From Candidatus Lokiarchaeum ossiferum (GTDB lineage Archaea > Asgardarchaeota > Lokiarchaeia > Sigyniarchaeales > Promethearchaeaceae), in assembly GCA_025839675.1 (NCBI GenBank), contig CP104013.1, forward strand, positions 4,590,001 through 4,622,000: a DNA stretch of 32,000 nt, written 5' to 3'. Positions within the stretch are counted from its first letter, which is position 1. Each line of letters opens with the position of its first letter. The notes beneath the pieces are model-generated. The model had not been told where the DNA came from. It worked only from the letters and a program-made list of their open reading frames with translations, and did not search any database. Positions 16,175 through 23,176 of the stretch are shown here, piece by piece. A program made the position numbers and the translations under genes.

Positions 16175-17818
16175 ATGGTAAAGGATGAAGTTGAAGATTT
16201 AATTTATCGATTAAAATTTAAGAACCCAAAAGAAAGGGTTGAACTTATCAATACCCTGGGTAATTCTGGAGATATACGCGCAACTACGCCAATTCTTCAA
16301 CAACTTATCTCTAAAAACGTTGATTTACTCGTAGCATCCATTTTTGCGTTAGGAAAACTAAAAGACGCTAGAGCTGTGTCTTCTTTGGTAGATCTACTCA
16401 ATCATAAAAAAGAGAAGGTAGGCAAGTATGCAGCTCAATCTTTAGGAAAAATTGGAGATCCGAGTGCAGTTGAATCTATGTGTGCTTTATTATTGCAAGT
16501 TAAAATTCCAATTGCTCAATATATCTTGGAATCCCTGGGGATGATAGGTGCCAAAGAAGCAGTTTCTTCGATTCTATTGTATATTGAAAAGAAAAAACCA
16601 AAAGAAGAATTATTGGCTACAGCAATTAAGGCTCTATCCTGTATCAAAGATCCCAGCGCAGTTTCTGCAATTATTCCTTATTTAGATGATTCTAATCGAA
16701 ATACTCGCGCATTTTCTGCTGAAGCTTTAGGTATTTCGAAAGATCCAAAAACAATTAAAATTTTGATTGATCATTTATCCGATCCAGATGATTATGTGAT
16801 TGAGAAAATAGTTGAAAGTTTGGGAAATTTAAATCCTTCTTTCAAAGAGAAGTCCAAAGAAGAAATTGTATCCAAGGTGTACTTAAAATTAATCAAAACA
16901 AAAAAAGATTTAGCGTATCAAGAACCAGAAGATTTAATAACTCTCCTTAAAAAAGAGAAGGATTCTGAGTTAAAAGTATTCATTATTCATCAAATAGGGG
17001 AGAAACAAGTTTCAAAAGCCTTAAAACCTCTAGTAAAGATGCAAAAATCAGAAACAAATATTTTTGTTTTAAAAGCTATTCAAGAAGCACTGGATAAATT
17101 GAATTATTTACCCAAAGATCTCGAAAAATATATTAATCAATTTCGTTCAGATGATTTTCAACGAAAATTGAACGCAGTGAGCGCTCTTTCTATGATTCAG
17201 AATGATTCGGTATTTGAAGAACTCTTTTCTTATCTAAAAAACAATTATCAAAATCAAGACGATCAATTTCTATCGGTGAATTCTTCCATTATTGATGCTT
17301 TAAGCAAGTATGAACTTGAAAAAACTATAGAATTCTATAAAAAAATCTATCAAAGTTGTCCAATTGAACTATATGATGCAATAAATGGTGTAATTGAAAA
17401 TTCGATGCATCCTATTGCTAAATCCCTATTATCACAACCTTATCGTTCTGATGGTAGATGGGGGAAACCTCTAAGTTTAATGGACATGGGATTTAAGAAA
17501 GCTGCTAAAAAGGAAGAAAAACATCTAAAAGAACAAGAAAAACTTGAAAAACAAAAAATTCAATCATCAATTAAAGCGAAAGAGGCTTTTGCCATTCAGA
17601 AAGAGAAAGAACAAATCGCTTTAAAAAAAAAAGAGCAAGAAAAATTGCGTCTTGAAACTAAACAAGGGCTGAAAAAGCAAAAAGAACAAAAAAAAAGAGA
17701 TGCATTAAAGGCAAAAGAACTGGAAAAACATAAAAAAGAATTGGCCAAAAGAGAAGCAAAACGTAAGAAGCAGATTGAAAAATCTACATCTGGTAAAAGT
17801 TCAGAAAATAAATCCTAG
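16175..17818 (+). CDS. HEAT-repeat (PBS-lyase-like) protein with C-terminal K/E-rich helical tail
   Basis: Repeats include ERVELINTLGNSGDIRATTPIL, LLVASIFALGKLKDARAVSSLV, KVGKYAAQSLGKIGDPSAVESM and NTRAFSAEALGISKDPKTIKIL. The last ~105 aa are KEEKHLKEQEKLEKQK...KELEKHKKELAKREAKRKKQIEK. Confidence 0.85.
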   Translation: MVKDEVEDLIYRLKFKNPKERVELINTLGNSGDIRATTPILQQLISKNVDLLVASIFALGKLKDARAVSSLVDLLNHKKEKVGKYAAQSLGKIGDPSAVESMCALLLQVKIPIAQYILESLGMIGAKEAVSSILLYIEKKKPKEELLATAIKALSCIKDPSAVSAIIPYLDDSNRNTRAFSAEALGISKDPKTIKILIDHLSDPDDYVIEKIVESLGNLNPSFKEKSKEEIVSKVYLKLIKTKKDLAYQEPEDLITLLKKEKDSELKVFIIHQIGEKQVSKALKPLVKMQKSETNIFVLKAIQEALDKLNYLPKDLEKYINQFRSDDFQRKLNAVSALSMIQNDSVFEELFSYLKNNYQNQDDQFLSVNSSIIDALSKYELEKTIEFYKKIYQSCPIELYDAINGVIENSMHPIAKSLLSQPYRSDGRWGKPLSLMDMGFKKAAKKEEKHLKEQEKLEKQKIQSSIKAKEAFAIQKEKEQIALKKKEQEKLRLETKQGLKKQKEQKKRDALKAKELEKHKKELAKREAKRKKQIEKSTSGKSSENKS

Positions 17819-18438
17819 TTTTTCCTTTTTGCTAAATTTTGTTTGGCCTTTCTTCTCAAAATAATTATTGTCAAAGTTGCAGTTGTAATAATAAAAATTG
17901 ATGGGTAACCTGGAATAAAAGGGATATAATAGGCTTGAACGTCTTTATATTGGTTGTTAATCTTACTTTTCAGAACAAATGTATCTGGACCATTTTCAAT
18001 CAAACGAATTTCTAAGTAATAAAGAGAATCTGCTGGTGCTTTATACTCCAAAGTAATGGTGTGGACTGTGTCATTCAATTTTGCGGAAAATACTTCCGTA
18101 GGTGTTTCATTATATGCAACCAAAGCGCCTCCGATTTCGGGATATTCTGTATTTTCAGTTAGGAAGTTTTCATTGGTTGGTCGAGCATTATAAAGGTATA
18201 AGTAGAAAATTCCTTGATATTTTGCGGTACAATTCAGGAACCAAGTATCATTCATTGTGAGATCAGTTAAATACAAACGACTAGCATTTTGTTGCATGAT
18301 AAATTCTTCGGGTAAATACGTCTCATTTTCAGTTTCAGCTTTAACGCTTTGTGATCCAACTAAAATTTGTAGTGAAGAAATCCAAATCATAATGAGAGTA
18401 ATTTTAACTGTTTTCTGAATTTGCTTTGATGAGTTCAT
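17815..18438 (-). CDS. Secreted, C-terminally membrane-anchored putative glycoprotein
   Basis: N-terminal signal-like segment KITLIMIWISSLQILVGSQSVKA. Six N-x-S/T sequons: NET, NAS, NDT, NCT, NET, NDT. Beta-rich ectodomain (GIFYLYLYNA, LYYLEIRLIENGPDTFVLKS). The C-terminus IPGYPSIFIITTATLTIIILRRKAKQNLAKRKN is motif + TM helix + basic cluster. Confidence 0.7.
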   Translation of the reverse strand: MNSSKQIQKTVKITLIMIWISSLQILVGSQSVKAETENETYLPEEFIMQQNASRLYLTDLTMNDTWFLNCTAKYQGIFYLYLYNARPTNENFLTENTEYPEIGGALVAYNETPTEVFSAKLNDTVHTITLEYKAPADSLYYLEIRLIENGPDTFVLKSKINNQYKDVQAYYIPFIPGYPSIFIITTATLTIIILRRKAKQNLAKRKN

Positions 18439-18510
18439 GAATATATGTTCTCTATAGCTGTTTTAGCAAAAAAGGTTTTTTGGCGATCAAAAATTTTTAT
18501 TTTTCATAAA

Positions 18511-19434
18511 ATGGGAAGAAAAAATGATATAATCCCTATTAAACCTGAAAAGGGATTACCGTTAATTGACTGTCACTGTCATTTTCCAAGTGATGAACTA
18601 CCAAGAAGTCTGAAAAAAGGAAATAAATCTATTGAAAAGCTAAATGAAGAGCAATACCGTGATTTTTTTGAGAATCACAATGGAAAATATATAGTTACAT
18701 CTACTTCAATTTGGGGTGTTGATTTTCGTCAGAAATTCCGAGAAACTCATGATAATATGCTATTAACCATTGGATGGGGTGCTCAAGCAACCACATATGC
18801 GACTCCTGAAGAATGGAAAGTAGATTATCCAAAATACTATGAATACTTGGAAAAAAATACTGATAAATATGATGTTATCGGAGAGATTGGCATTGATTTT
18901 CACCACGCTAAAACTTTTAAAAAACGAGAACATCAAATCGATATTTTTGAAGAAATGATCCAGAAAACTAAACATTTGGGAAAGAAATATAGTTTACATG
19001 TAAGAAATCCTACTCAAAATGATAGAGATCCAAACTCTCCAAATGCTTCTTATAATGATCGGGATATTTGTAATGATTTAATTCTAGATATCTTAGAAGC
19101 AGAGAAAATTCCACCATCGGATGTAATGTGGCATTGTTTTAGTGGTCCCGCAGAATGGGGAAAAATGTTGGGTGATAAAGGATATTATATCTCTATTCCA
19201 AGTTCAGCGTATGGTTTCAAGAAATGGCGCCGAAATATACAAGATGTTCCTTTAGATCGACTTCTTGCCGAGACCGATGCAAGCGCCCAACACCCTTATA
19301 CAATGGGGGCTTTTAATACACCAAGTAATGTGGAATATTCTTTAGCCGCTATTGCTTATGTAAATGAAATGGCGCAAATGGATATAGCAAAACAAGTTTT
19401 AAAGAATGCAAAAGTATTCTTTGATATTAATTAG
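18511..19434 (+). CDS. TatD-family metal-dependent hydrolase
   Basis: LIDCHCHF (HxH), GEIGIDFHH, SLHVRN, HCFSG and AETDA are the conserved TatD/amidohydrolase metal-ligand series. I prefer the start at MGRKNDI (18511). The track start 18445 would leave only 6 bp to the divergent gene start at 18438. Confidence 0.85.
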   Translation: MGRKNDIIPIKPEKGLPLIDCHCHFPSDELPRSLKKGNKSIEKLNEEQYRDFFENHNGKYIVTSTSIWGVDFRQKFRETHDNMLLTIGWGAQATTYATPEEWKVDYPKYYEYLEKNTDKYDVIGEIGIDFHHAKTFKKREHQIDIFEEMIQKTKHLGKKYSLHVRNPTQNDRDPNSPNASYNDRDICNDLILDILEAEKIPPSDVMWHCFSGPAEWGKMLGDKGYYISIPSSAYGFKKWRRNIQDVPLDRLLAETDASAQHPYTMGAFNTPSNVEYSLAAIAYVNEMAQMDIAKQVLKNAKVFFDIN

Positions 19435-19444
19435 TTTTTTTTTT
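19435..19444 (+). terminator. T10 run immediately after TatD stop
   Basis: TAG (19432-19434) is followed by ten T. Confidence 0.45.
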
Positions 19445-19563
19445 CTACTTCTATAAATTTGGCTTGCTTAATTGAAAAGTCTATAAAAATATATTAATTT
19501 TGGTTTATCGGTTAATATTAAGGTAGAATGCTGATTTGTTTGAATTTCTAAGATTTTATGGTA

Positions 19564-19582
19564 GTGCATTAATTATGCACTA
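19564..19582. promoter_or_regulatory. Inverted repeat AGTGCAT-TAATT-ATGCACT upstream of ferredoxin-like/ArsC-like gene pair
   Basis: 7-bp perfect, relatively GC-containing arms with a 5-nt spacer, 56 nt upstream of ATG 19638. Candidate dimeric transcription-factor operator. Confidence 0.3.
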
Positions 19583-19637
19583 ACTTTAAATATCATAAAA
19601 TACTAAATAACATAACAAAGAATCCCAGTGAAAACTT

Positions 19638-19832
19638 ATGAAATGCAATAAAGTTGAAGTTAGAGAATATTTATGTCCGAAAAATCATCCCTGTCCTTCG
19701 GTTCGTTCATGTCCATATGGGGCTATAGTTCAAGATAATCCTTACTCTGTCCCATATATTCTTGAAGAGAAATGTAAACATTGTGGGCTATGCACTCGCG
19801 CATGTCCCGTTTTTCAATGTGCAGTAGCATAA
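19638..19832 (+). CDS. Small 4Fe-4S ferredoxin-like protein (64 aa)
   Basis: One canonical CxxCxxCxxxCP motif (CKHCGLCTRACP), plus an upstream Cys-Pro-rich segment CPKNHPCPSVRSCPYG and a further C-terminal Cys. Confidence 0.6.
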   Translation: MKCNKVEVREYLCPKNHPCPSVRSCPYGAIVQDNPYSVPYILEEKCKHCGLCTRACPVFQCAVA

Positions 19833-19916
19833 ATTTTATAAATACTTGTAATAGGCATCGTTTTTTTTTACAATTCACCCATCACATTTATCAAGGTTAA
19901 AATTTATTAAGTTATC

Positions 19917-20339
19917 ATGAAATCCGTTTTATTTTTAGGATTGAACAATACACGAGCGCCAATGGCTGTGGGTTTTCTTGAGCATTTGGCAAAGGATCCC
20001 GTTGAAGTTAATTATTCTTGTGCAAAATCTTTTAAAACAGTGCATCCTCATGCCGTTACTGTCATGAAAGAATTTGGGGTTGATATTTCTGCAAATTCTT
20101 ATTTAGAAGATCCTAAAATTGATATGTTTTCTCAGAAGATAATTTCCATGGGGGTTGATGTGCAAGAATTTTATTCAGATCATAAGGTGATAGTATGGAA
20201 ATCTGTCGAAAACTGGAATTTAGACAATCCTGATGGGGCTGATATTACATTCTTCCGCGACATCCGAGATAGAATAAAATATCTCGTGATTAAATTATTG
20301 GATGAGATGAAAATCGACTATATTCACGATGAAGAATAA
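19917..20339 (+). CDS. Low-molecular-weight phosphotyrosine phosphatase / ArsC-fold protein lacking the catalytic cysteine
   Basis: MKSVLFLGLNNTRAPMAVGF aligns to the LMW-PTP/ArsC P-loop (I/V)LF(V/I)CTGNSCRSQMAEG(F/W). The Arg and the MA.G are retained but there is no Cys in the loop. The distal WNLDNPDG matches the D-P general-acid region. Confidence 0.75.
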   Translation: MKSVLFLGLNNTRAPMAVGFLEHLAKDPVEVNYSCAKSFKTVHPHAVTVMKEFGVDISANSYLEDPKIDMFSQKIISMGVDVQEFYSDHKVIVWKSVENWNLDNPDGADITFFRDIRDRIKYLVIKLLDEMKIDYIHDEE

Positions 20340-20364
20340 TAGAATCAGTTCTAATCAGTCATTT

Positions 20365-21558
20365 TTAATATTTAGCGGAAACCCAATCGAGATAATTATC
20401 AGGGGTTTGAAAGGTTACAGTTGATAGATCGTTAACCATTTCCTTAAATATTTGGGCCGAGAGAGGATGTAACATCATTGCTAAATTTAATCCTACTAAA
20501 CTCATCGCAAGGGCAGTGGTTATTTCCCAAATTGGACCTCTTAAAAATCTATTACCTCCATGATTTGGAACGTGGTTAATCTTCTTCATATGTGATTCTC
20601 TGGCACCCCATGCATTCGTAGTTCCTGCTGAAAGAGGAAAATTAAGATTTGAATCTCCTTTCAAACCTGCAAGTCGGATTTGTTGGTAGATTGAGTAGGA
20701 ATACTCCAATCCATACCCCAATGTTGCGCAAGTTGGGTCCAATACGATCTGATTTCGCGGTATTCCCATAGATAATGCATCCTCCACTAATTTTGATTGA
20801 TCATTAATGTCCAATTGAGCCCAAAGCAATACATTATGCTCATATTTTCGAGCGATAGGAACTACTTTGTCAATTGTTATTTTATCTGCACTGGAAAGCA
20901 TTAGACGCTCTCCTTGGGTAATTGCACCTAATTCTTCGAAAAGTTCTGTATCTTTCTTTTTATTTCCAGATCCTCCAATAATAACGGGACATTTTACTCG
21001 TTCCAAAACATCCTCTAATATTTGGCGAGCTTTTGATACTGGTGTATCATTCACTCCTGGATCGGTAGACACAAAATGCATAGTTATGAGATCTGCTCCA
21101 TATTTTTCCGCTAATTCTGCCCAACCAGCAGGATCTGTCAAAACTTCTCGATATGCGTTCTTAATTACCTTGGGTAGTTTTATTTTCATATCAAAGACAT
21201 CAAAGGTGACAACAGGAGAATTGGGATTTTTGAGTATTTTTCCATGTTTATCTTGCAGAAAAGTGAGATAAGGGAGAGTTTTATCTCCTCCTATTTTTAC
21301 AGATCGTCCATTTGAACGACTAAATTCAATTTCTTCAATTGGATGAAAGGATTTTGGAGGGAGGGGTGGTATTTGGGTTGATACCCATTTAAAATCTGGA
21401 AGCTTTTTTTTCATTGCTTGCATTTGAGCCTGTTGAAGAACGGGGGAAATATGTGCTTTGAGTTGATCAACAGTAATATTTACATCCTCGAGAAATAAAC
21501 TTCCTTTTTGATCTAATAAGGCTTTCAACTTTTCGAAAAAATCTTCCGAATTTTCCAT
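20365..21558 (-). CDS. cdhD: Acetyl-CoA decarbonylase/synthase complex subunit delta (corrinoid Fe-S protein small subunit, CdhD/AcsD)
   Basis: 397 aa. ADLITMHFVSTDPG, CPVIIGGSGN, LDPTCATLGYGLEYSYSIYQQIRLAGLKGDSNLNFP and TNAWGARE match my recollection of the conserved CdhD TIM-barrel segments. Confidence 0.8.
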   Translation of the reverse strand: MENSEDFFEKLKALLDQKGSLFLEDVNITVDQLKAHISPVLQQAQMQAMKKKLPDFKWVSTQIPPLPPKSFHPIEEIEFSRSNGRSVKIGGDKTLPYLTFLQDKHGKILKNPNSPVVTFDVFDMKIKLPKVIKNAYREVLTDPAGWAELAEKYGADLITMHFVSTDPGVNDTPVSKARQILEDVLERVKCPVIIGGSGNKKKDTELFEELGAITQGERLMLSSADKITIDKVVPIARKYEHNVLLWAQLDINDQSKLVEDALSMGIPRNQIVLDPTCATLGYGLEYSYSIYQQIRLAGLKGDSNLNFPLSAGTTNAWGARESHMKKINHVPNHGGNRFLRGPIWEITTALAMSLVGLNLAMMLHPLSAQIFKEMVNDLSTVTFQTPDNYLDWVSAKY

Positions 21559-21608
21559 ATCTAAATTAAAGAAGCGTAAAAAAAAAGGTTTGTTAGAAGA
21601 TAAGATTT

Positions 21609-23039
21609 TTATTCTGCTAAATAACCATAGCCTATTAAACGAAATCGATTATGAATCCTACGACTTAACGCAACAATTGATCCTCCAAGTGCACAGATTG
21701 GACGTTTCAATTGAAGACTCACGGAATTATGTTTTCCAATTTTAGAAACAACTCCAGCTGAAAGGGAAGTTCCAACAACAATCATGATTAACTCATTTTT
21801 CGCTATTGGTTTAACACTAATATCCTCTTCTGCTCCTAATACTTTTTCTAATAAGTGAGTTTCAATCTCTACGGTATTTTTTACTTCAGGAAGGGTTTCA
21901 GGTGTTCCAACAACATTTCCAATAAGCTGATCTGTTCGAGTATTGGATGGATCTAATTCAGTTCCAATAGCAATTAGACCTCCTGGACGTGCAGTCTCAA
22001 GTGAATGTTTTCCTTCATAAATACTTTTAACAGTCGTAATTACAGGTTTATATTTTCCACTGTCCGGATTTTTTAACCCAGGACGAATTTCGACTTGATC
22101 CCCAACTGAGATTTGACCTGAGATGATACTTCCTCCCATCACACCTCCAGCGAGATCATCAATCGAAATTCCTGGGCGATTAATATCAAAACTTCGGGCT
22201 ACGTTGAAAAGGAAATCTTCTTCATTTAGATCTTCAAAATCAGGAGATGGTATTATTTCTTCGATTAATTCGGAAATTTTATCAACATTAGCTTGGAAAA
22301 TAGCTGAAGTTGGAATTATTGGTGCATTTTCAGCTATGGTGCCTTTGACGAAACTTTTAATTTGATTGTAATGTTCTATAGCACGTTCTTTTCCTACAGA
22401 ATCTACTTTGTTTTGAACAATTATAATATTTTCAATTTTAGCAATTTCTAGGGCTGCCAAATGTTCTCTTGTTTGAGGTTGGGGGCAATCTTCATTCGCT
22501 GCAACTAACAATACGGCTCCATCCATAAGTGAAGCGCCTGATAACATCGTTGCCATCAAAATTTCGTGTCCAGGGGCATCAACAAAACTAATTCGACGTT
22601 TAAATGCTAATTTTTCGCCACAATCAGGACAATGCCCTTTTGGATCTTTTTTGCTTTTTCGGAGCAAATTAGCGAGTGCTTCAGCAATCACTCGATTGCA
22701 CTTAGGACATTGCATAACTGCAGCTTCAGCATACCCTAATTTAATAGTAATTCCACGATTTATCTCATCAGCATATTTTTCTGTCCAAGTTCCGGAAAGG
22801 GCTTTAACTAAGGTTGTTTTTCCATGGTCAACATGGCCGACCAACCCTACGTTACAAGATGATTGAATGAAATCTGATTTTTTAGAAGATTTTTTAGTTG
22901 TTTTTTTCTTTGTTGTGGTTTTTTTCTTTGAAGTTTTCTTCTTAGCAGTTGTTTTTTTCTTTTTTTCTTCGGGAACGACACCTAAGTCTTCTGCTGAAAG
23001 ATCATCTTCGGCTACTGTTTTTTTCTTTTTCTTTGCCAT
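21609..23039 (-). CDS. eif2g: Translation initiation factor aIF2 gamma subunit with ~57-aa lysine-rich N-terminal extension
   Basis: GHVDHGKTTL (G1), DAPGHE (G3), NKVD (G4), and the zinc knuckle CPKC...CPDC inserted in the G domain. Domains II/III run to ...RLIGYGYL. The N-terminus is MAKKKKKTVAEDDLSAEDLGVVPEEKKKKTTAKKKTSKKKTTTKKKTTKKSSKKS. No alternative in-frame start exists before the G1 motif. Confidence 0.95.
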   Translation of the reverse strand: MAKKKKKTVAEDDLSAEDLGVVPEEKKKKTTAKKKTSKKKTTTKKKTTKKSSKKSDFIQSSCNVGLVGHVDHGKTTLVKALSGTWTEKYADEINRGITIKLGYAEAAVMQCPKCNRVIAEALANLLRKSKKDPKGHCPDCGEKLAFKRRISFVDAPGHEILMATMLSGASLMDGAVLLVAANEDCPQPQTREHLAALEIAKIENIIIVQNKVDSVGKERAIEHYNQIKSFVKGTIAENAPIIPTSAIFQANVDKISELIEEIIPSPDFEDLNEEDFLFNVARSFDINRPGISIDDLAGGVMGGSIISGQISVGDQVEIRPGLKNPDSGKYKPVITTVKSIYEGKHSLETARPGGLIAIGTELDPSNTRTDQLIGNVVGTPETLPEVKNTVEIETHLLEKVLGAEEDISVKPIAKNELIMIVVGTSLSAGVVSKIGKHNSVSLQLKRPICALGGSIVALSRRIHNRFRLIGYGYLAE

Positions 23040-23176
23040 CAGTCATCTCAAATGCAACATGAAAAATAATGTTTATTAATCGTTCAAAAACAAAATTTCC
23101 AAAAAAATAAAAACTCACGGATTAAACATTAAAGTAGGATTAAATCAGAAATGAAATTCTGAAAACTATCCGAAAT

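Noticed and set aside
17815-17818. 4-nt CTAG overlap of convergent stop codons as a regulatory feature
   Set aside because: It is a trivial consequence of the palindromic CTAG containing TAG on both strands, and there is no further structure around it.
20867-21271. 134-aa plus-strand ORF
   Set aside because: It is antisense inside cdhD and has no motifs.
22867-23079. 70-aa plus-strand Phe/Val-rich ORF
   Set aside because: It is antisense to the lysine-rich N-terminal extension of aIF2-gamma and is a compositional artefact.
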